Shown in pieces: positions 21,415 through 28,656 of a DNA stretch of 28,656 nucleotides; the first letter of the stretch is position 1, and each line of letters begins with the position of its first letter. The stretch is from Trichoplax adhaerens. Taxonomy: Eukaryota; Animalia; Placozoa. The position numbers and the translations under genes were made by a program. Under the pieces are notes generated by a model. It was not told the DNA's origin and made no database searches. It saw only the letters and a program-made list of their open reading frames with translations. The stretch is from positions 1-28,656 of the forward strand of contig NW_002061020.1 in the NCBI RefSeq assembly GCF_000150275.1. The letters run 5' to 3'.

Positions 21415-24400
21415 ATGATGGCGCCGCTGTTAAGATGGCTGGTCATGCTGTATTTAGTGGGCTTATCTTTGCAAGAAGGTCAGTAAGGATCGATTTGATA
21501 TAGAATGAAATGTGATATAGCTTTTATTCGAGAGTTCAAATATAATTATTTGTCAACTTTTGCCTTTGTTAGGCAGGCATCGCAACTAAATAGTTAAGAT
21601 ATTATATTAGCTATAGACAAAAAATAAAATTATTTATTCTTGAAATAATTATGTCATCGTACAAAAAATGTATGTTAACATCGTACTGAAATCCTTAATT
21701 ATCGTCTAGGCCCAAAATTCTTTAATTTCAATCCTTTGAGAACCATGATACCATACTATACTCTAGACCCTCATCATGCAAAGCACTGATTTAAAGATGG
21801 CCAATGGAAAAGTTAATACATAATCAATTCCATTTACCGTATTTGCTTATGGAGTACACATTAATTAATGATATGGCCTGCAAATAAATTTATTTTTAGA
21901 ATACGAGCTTATTTATAATATCTTATCTATGCTTTACTATGGCACGACTCAACAACTGAGAATTGATATTTGTTCTGTACGTATTTAGTGTCAAATAGAT
22001 TGAATGCATTCCCATCTTCATACCATATATAGATAGATATAGTATATTGCGTAAGAGATTTCCAATAATTTTTTTTCCGGCGAAATAGTTTACTGATAAG
22101 TTTGTGTTCGGTTGGGTATAAAATTTCAGTATCGCAACTGCAATTTTCCTTCTAATGATGCATCCGCTACCTTTTCATTACGATCTTGTTTATCACTATA
22201 GTAGTAAATACGATACCTCACACAGTTGATTTTAGCCGTGCTATGCTGTTCTCGAGGGATATTGGGCCTTCTTATTTGGAACGTTGAAGGAATATTGCAT
22301 GCGGTATAGTGAATTGTAATGTAAGTATACGCGTATCCCACCCACCCTTTGGACGAGCAGCGCGGGGGTATTTATACTACTGTTAGATGACTTTGATTAT
22401 GGGTTCATTTCAATAGGTCAGTATAAGATTCTTACAGTACTTTTTACCTCAAGATTTCTTCATGTAAAACGAATAGCTCTAAGGTAGTCATTTCTGCAAA
22501 GTACTGATTTTTAAAATAGTATTCGTTATATCGTTAAGGGTGGCCACTGGGCCTTTCAATTTTGATTTGATGTAATACGCTGATAAAAATTGAATAAACA
22601 TAGAATCTTTACAGAGTTTTCTACACAGCCATTTTGATTGTTACTTTTTCTTATAACGGTTGTTATCGACAGAGTAAGCTTTGCTTGCATACGCAAGCGA
22701 TCCTTAGACACATTATAATGATTGGTATAGAATTGACCACAGTACTAAGGACATGGTACCGCACTGTAGATATCTTACAGTACCTGCTAATCTTAACTTG
22801 GTATGTCCATCACAGTACATTAGTTATCATAATGAGCTTTGTACCATTAACTAATCTTAATATAGTATTTCATAACATTTCCTCCGTCCATGTATTATTG
22901 AAAAGTAGTATTCTAGAAGCATAGCTGTGAATATAGTAGTGCCTGGCTATTACCGGGATATATGTAATGTCGAATGGTAATACTATCTGTTAATTATGAA
23001 CAAATAAGTACTGTACATTATCGTAAACCGTCAGCAAAGCGACGTGAGTTTGTACTAGTGTTACTTAATTCTTCACGGTCGCTCGTACAGTGACATGTAG
23101 TATTTTAGTATCGTATATCGTGTATATAGTTTATGATATTACCAAGAGTTATATTAATACATACAATACTTAATTACATCAACTTGTTTAGCTATGCTGT
23201 AACTGATAATGTCTTTGCGATAGAGTATATTATTGTTTATATAAATATTTATGTAATATTATAACGACAAATTTGTTAAATTTAAATATAATAGAGATAG
23301 TACTCGTGATAAGATTACAATGTACTGTGTAGTAATTAATTAACTGAGATATCTATGTTATTATGTTTACTAGATTCGAAAGTTGAGAAAAGTTCGGGAC
23401 GAGAGTTTTTTGTGGGTTTTCTAAGAATGAATTCCGTCCAACCACAATATATCACCATAACAAGTTATAATAAGCCAGCTGTTGTCAATGTTACAAATAA
23501 GTTTGTTAATACAGTTGACGAATACACCATTGCATCTTATGAATCAAAAACACTAACATTCGCAAATACTATGAACCTTTATATAACTGAATTGACTTCT
23601 AAAATCGTGCATATCGTCTCAGATGAAGATATAACAGTCAATAGTTTTTATATATATCATTCTGCATTGGCTTCAACATTAGTTTTACCGAGTCATCTAT
23701 ACGATAAGGATTATGTTGTCGCTGCGTATGATCGATACGCTTTCATCAAACTATTAATAATCGCTAAGTACGCCGACACACATCTTAATATCAGTTTCCC
23801 AGTGAGTACTTACTATTCTGGTGAATATTATTCAAGAAGTAAAAATTTGTCTATTACTTTACAATCTTCGCAAGGATTTCATTTAAAAACGAACAAACAG
23901 ATACCTGGCGCTATTGTCTATTCCGATAAAGATGTTGGAGTTTTGGCTGGTAATGAATGTGCATTTATACCTAGTAGTACGGGTAGATGTGATAGTACAC
24001 AAGAATTTCATTTACCTATTACGCGTCTTGGTAAAAATTATATTATATCGACGTTCGCTGATAGAACAGCTGGTGATATATATCGTGTTTTCGGTGGTCA
24101 TAATAATACGACAGTAAGTGTTAAAGTAACATCTCAAAATTATCAACTGTCTCGAGGAGATTTTGTAGAATTTGAATTAAACAGCGGTAATAGTTCGTAT
24201 GTTACATGCGATAAGCCATGCTTAGTTACTCAATTCGCGAAAGGAAGCCGAGTAGATAATACTAAAAGCGATCCATTCATGACATTTGTACCAGCAATAG
24301 AACAATATAGTCGAGATTACAATACATTTTTGCCGTCTCTTCTTACAAATGTACGAACTGATCGAAATTATGCGTTGATTACTATACAAGACAAATATAA

Positions 24401-27400
24401 GAACGGATTGATGCTAAACGGAGTAATACTACAAGATATTACCTGGCGACAAATCCTTACAAATACTGTTAACGAAACTTATGTTACTGCATCTGTTCCT
24501 GTTACAATTGGCGGAATAAGAATAACTCATAACGATTCTAACGCATTATACGGATTAATTAACTACGGCTGGAGTCAAAATTACGCGGGATACGGTCACT
24601 TAGGCGGTATACGAATTGTTAAAATCTATCCATGTAAGTTACTATTATACAATAGAAGTATTTAAGTGTTATAATAACATTGTAATTTTAGAATACAATT
24701 TCATTATTCTCCACGAGAAATGATTCAAATTTGTACTTGACGATAACATATTGTAGCATAATTAATTACAGAAAGAGAATCATATACAAATTTATAGAAA
24801 CAAATGATTGCCTTATTGTTGTTAATCGATATCTACTATGCACATATCATATTAATTTGGGTATAATTTTAAATTTTGACGGACTATAGATGCGCCGCGA
24901 ATCATTGAAAAATCCTCAAACATATATGTGTATGAAGGTAACATGACGGTATTAGAGTGTAACGCGACAAGCTCGCCGATATCTACTATTACTTGGTTAA
25001 AAGATGGAATCCCTGTTATAAATTATGAGAATACGACAATAGTCGAAGGTTTCTATATTTATAGTCGTTTAGTTATTACAGAAACGTTTATACACGATAT
25101 GGGGAATTATCAATGCGAATACGTTAACACAGTTGGATCAATAAGAAGTAATAACACATCGATAAAAGTAATCGGTGAGTCTATAATTGATGTATGTGAA
25201 TAAAATAAATTAAATATCACACTATGATATTTTTTAATATACTTATATCGATGAAATTAGAATAAATTTATTACTATTTAGTTTACTCGAGTTGAACTTA
25301 GATCGAATGCTTAATGTATGAATTAATTTAGCTCTGCATAAAATAATTATATTTAGGACTACTGGTGTAATATTAAACTATAATCATTCGCAGGTTCATT
25401 TACTTATTATAAAATCGAGTGATTTCTCGCTTATCAGACGCTTAAGTCGTTATTGATATCATACTTATATAATCTTTCCTTTAGAGACCGAAATATTTCA
25501 TAACTTAAAGAGTAGTTTTCTTGTTATATAATAACCTAGCCTCAGTATTTAACTACTATTCTAATTTTTAGATATTAATTTATACGAGAAAAGTATTTGA
25601 AGACAGTATAAATTAAGATAGGAAAGAAATATTGTAGTGAAATCNNNNNNNNNNNNNNNNNNNNNNNNNNNNNNNNNNNNNNNNNNNNNNNNNNTATTTA
25701 TGTATAGTCTCGATATTCTTATTGTACTCTATAAACTTATTACGTACTGTACATTGAATAGTGTAAATAATTTATTGTTATCTATCTAATTTGAATATAG
25801 TATATCCTGTAATTACGCAACATCCACAAAACGCCGACGTTATCTATGGTAACACTCTGATTTTACATTGTAATGGAAAAAGTAATCCTATATCTAACAT
25901 TACGTGGCTCAAAAACGGATATCCGATATCGAATTACGATAATGTTACATCGATTGATAACATTCACATATATAGTCGTATCACTATTAGAGAAGCAACT
26001 GTACGTGATAGAGGATTCTACCGATGTCGTTATAGCAATACAGAAGGAACGGCTATAAGTAAAGATGCAATTGTGACTGTTTACGGTAAGTACTGTATAA
26101 TGCATAGAAACATAGTTTAGATATTTCTAGTTACAGTAAAAATTATAATTGTTAAAAACGATATTTTAAAGTAGCTATAATAAATATAGTTACGATACTT
26201 CTTTAACTGATAACTGGTTTACATGATTTCCTAAACAATACTATAATTGATACCTTGTACTTGATAATACTGCATATAAATCAATACTACATAAACACAA
26301 AGTTTAGTTTCGAGATTGAAACTCAGTGTTACAGTATCATAAGCCAGCTATGTAACAAGATAACGCAAAGGTTAACTTGTACAAATAGAGACAATAGTTT
26401 ATGAGCTTATAACTTTACATCAGATAAAGCTAGCGAGCTGATTTTACTCAACTATCTGTCGGGCTTATATATATGTTATATATGTTATACACGTCGACAG
26501 CGGCTAACATTGATAAATCATCTTACAATAATACTCATAGACATACACATGTATCAATTGTTTTTACCTAATCAGACTACATTATGTCTATTCACAGAAC
26601 TATTTCAGTACACTTTCGATCTACTTTTAGCTAGAACTACGACTACAAGAGCTTGTAGCATAAACAATTATTATATAAGAATAACTATTACACGCCATCA
26701 TATTGTAACGTCAGTGATTCCTACTGTGAGTAATTGTGATCACTATATGTAAATATTAAACTCGCTAAACTTGGTTACTTAACTCTTCACGGTCGCTCTT
26801 ACGGTGACATGTAGTATTTTAGTTTCGTATATCGCGTATATAGTTTATAATATTACAAAGAGTTATATTAATACATATAATACTTAATTAATTACATCCA
26901 CTTGTTTAGCTATGGTGTAACTGATAATGTCTTTACGATAGAGTATATTATTGTTTATATAAATATTTATGTAATATTATAACGACAAGTTTGTTAAATT
27001 TAAATATAATAGAGATAGTACTGGTGATAAGATTACAATGTACTGTGTAGTAATTAATTAACTGAGATATGTATGTTATTATGTTTACTAGATTCGAAAG
27101 TTGAGAAAAGTTCGGGACGAGAGTTTTTTGTGGGTTATCCAAGAATGAATACCAGGCAATCATATTATCTTACCCTAACAAGTTATAATAAGCCAGCTGC
27201 TGTCAATGTTACAAATAAGTTTCTTAATACGGTTAATGAATACACTATTGCATCGTATGAATCAAAAACACTAACAATTGCAAGTACTATGCTTATTTTT
27301 AATTCTGAATTGACTTCTAAAATCTTTCATATCGTCTCAGATGAAGATATAACAGTTAGTAGTTTTTATATATATGCTTCTGTATTGGCTTCAACATTAG

Positions 27401-28656
27401 TTTTACCGAGTCATCTATACGATAAGAATTATGTTGTCGCTGCGTATAAACCATACTCTAACATCAAACTATTAATAATCGCTAAGTACGCCGACACACA
27501 TCTTAATATCAGTTTCCCAGTGAGTACTTCCTATTCTGGTCAATATTATTCAAGAAGTAGAAATTTGTCTATTACTTTACAATCTTCGCAAGGATTTCAT
27601 TTAAAAACGGACAAAGACATATCTGGCGCTATTATCTATTCCGATAAAGATGTTGGAGTTTTGGCTGGTAATGAATGTACACGTATACCTAGTAGTACGG
27701 GTAGATGTAGTAGTGCACAAGAATTTCATTTACCTATTACGCGTCTTGGTAAAAACTATATTATATCGACGTTCGCTGATAGAACAGCTGGTGATGTATA
27801 TCGTGTTTTCGGTGGTCATGATAATACGACAGTAAGTGTTAAAGTAACATCTCAAAATTATCAACTGTCTCGAGGAGATTTTGTAGAATTTGAGTTAAAC
27901 AGCGGTAATAGTTCGTATGTTACATGCGATAAGCCATGCTTAGTTACTCAATTCGCGAAAGGAAGCCGAGCAGATAATACTGAAAGCGATCCATTCACGA
28001 CATTTGTACCAGCAATAGAACAATACAGTCGAGATTACAATATATTCTTGCCGTCTGCTCTTACAAATGTACGAAGTGATCGAAATTATGCGTTGATTAC
28101 TATACAAGACAAATATAAGAACGGATTGATGCTAAACGGAATAATACTACAAGATATTACCTGGCGACAAATCCTTACAAATACAGTTAACGAAACTTAT
28201 GTTACTGCATCTGTTCCTGTTACAATTGGCGGAATAAGAATAACTCATAACGATTCTAACGCATTATACGGATTAATTAACTACGGCTGGAGTCAAAATC
28301 TCGCGGGATACGGTCACTTAGGCGGTATACGAATTGTTAAAATCTATCCATGTAAGTTACTATCATAAAGTAAAAGTAAATAAATGTTAATAATAATATT
28401 GCAGTTCTAGAATAAAATTTCATTATTCTCTACGAGAAATGATTCAAACTTATACTTGACGATAACACATTGTAGCATAATTAGTTACAGAAAGAGAATC
28501 ATATAAAAACTTACAGAAAGAAATGATTGCCTTATTGTTGTTAATCGATATCTACTATGTACATATCATATTAATTTGGGTATAATTTTAAATTTTGACG
28601 GACTATAGATGCGCCGCGAATCATTGAACAATCCTCAAACATATCTGTGTATGATA
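21415..28656 (+). CDS. Secreted or cell-surface modular protein: signal peptide - IgGFc-binding (FCGBP N-terminal-type) domain - Ig - Ig - IgGFc-binding domain - Ig...; runs off the window and spans an assembly gap
   Basis: Exon 21415-21478 (MMAPLLRWLVMLYLVGLSLQE, phase 1), then phase 1-1 exons 23374-24633, 24890-25174, 25801-26085, 27092-28351 and 28609->28656. The large exons carry FCGBP-N motifs SGREFFVGF, SDKDVGVLAGNEC, LPITRLGKNY, CDKPCLVTQF, SDPFMTFVPAIEQY and YGW....GYG. The small exons are I-set Ig (LEC..ITWLKDG..D.GxYxC). Confidence 0.85.
23015..23058 (+). mobile_element. Helitron-type 3' terminus in intron 1 of the IgGFc/Ig gene
   Basis: acattatcgtaaaccgtcagcaaagcgacgtgagtttgtaCTAG|T; 42/44 identical to the reverse complement of 3205-3248. 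Confidence 0.75.
23060..28656 (+). repeat. Recent tandem segmental duplication (23060->24937 vs 26774->28656, offset about 3.72 kb)
   Basis: Intron, IgGFc exon, following intron and Ig exon start are colinear and highly similar. Both copies begin gttacttaa(t/c)tcttcacggtcgctc. Confidence 0.95.
25645..25694. other. Assembly gap (50 N)
   Basis: Run of N; the true length is unknown. Confidence 1.

Noticed and set aside
23355-23373. ORF-track starts MLLCLL (23355, 27073) and tails after KIYP
   Set aside because: These are intronic read-through. The true boundaries are the ttactag| acceptors and |gtaagt donors.
26510-26752. Small ORF or possible mini-exon ending at gtgagt (about 26726)
   Set aside because: No acceptor/donor pair gives an open phase 1-1 exon, and no domain is recognisable.
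3847-27835. Remaining short ORFs (3847, 4197, 6559, 7554, 12001, 22126, 22634, 23914, 25863, 25873, 26948, 27650)
   Set aside because: They are antisense or alternate-frame overlaps of real exons, or chance ORFs in AT-rich DNA without motifs.
1-28656. Frequent tacagta/tactgta heptamers; tRNA/rRNA genes
   Set aside because: The heptamer looks like a dispersed compositional bias that I cannot test without counts. No structured RNA gene was recognisable.

Overview
AT-rich, intron-rich eukaryotic (animal) genomic DNA with mostly short GT-AG introns. Gene content and style would fit a placozoan such as Trichoplax, but that is an inference. Left to right: (1) the 3' end of a family-2/adhesion-type GPCR (+, to 1602); (2) a complete 6-exon HSPBAP1-like JmjC gene (+, 3493-5931); (3) the orphan 3' half of a single-pass receptor with a GCC2/GCC3 (ephrin-receptor-like) Cys repeat (-, 7363-9295); (4) an intron-less ankyrin island of about 10 kb (about 9.7-20 kb). 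The island holds a 1173-aa single-exon ankyrin ORF with six 252-bp tandem units and a decayed tail beyond its stop codon, two decayed relatives, and a diverged direct repeat of about 600 bp flanking the ORF; (5) a signal-peptide gene (+, from 21415) built of phase-1 IgGFc-binding-domain and Ig exons. Its recently duplicated IgGFc exon differs mainly by clustered amino-acid changes. Helitron-type 3' termini (hairpin + CTRR|T) occur at three sites; one is a four-hairpin stack with a compensatory stem change, and one sits at the left edge of the IgGFc duplication. All gene models were spliced by hand and all identities are hand estimates.
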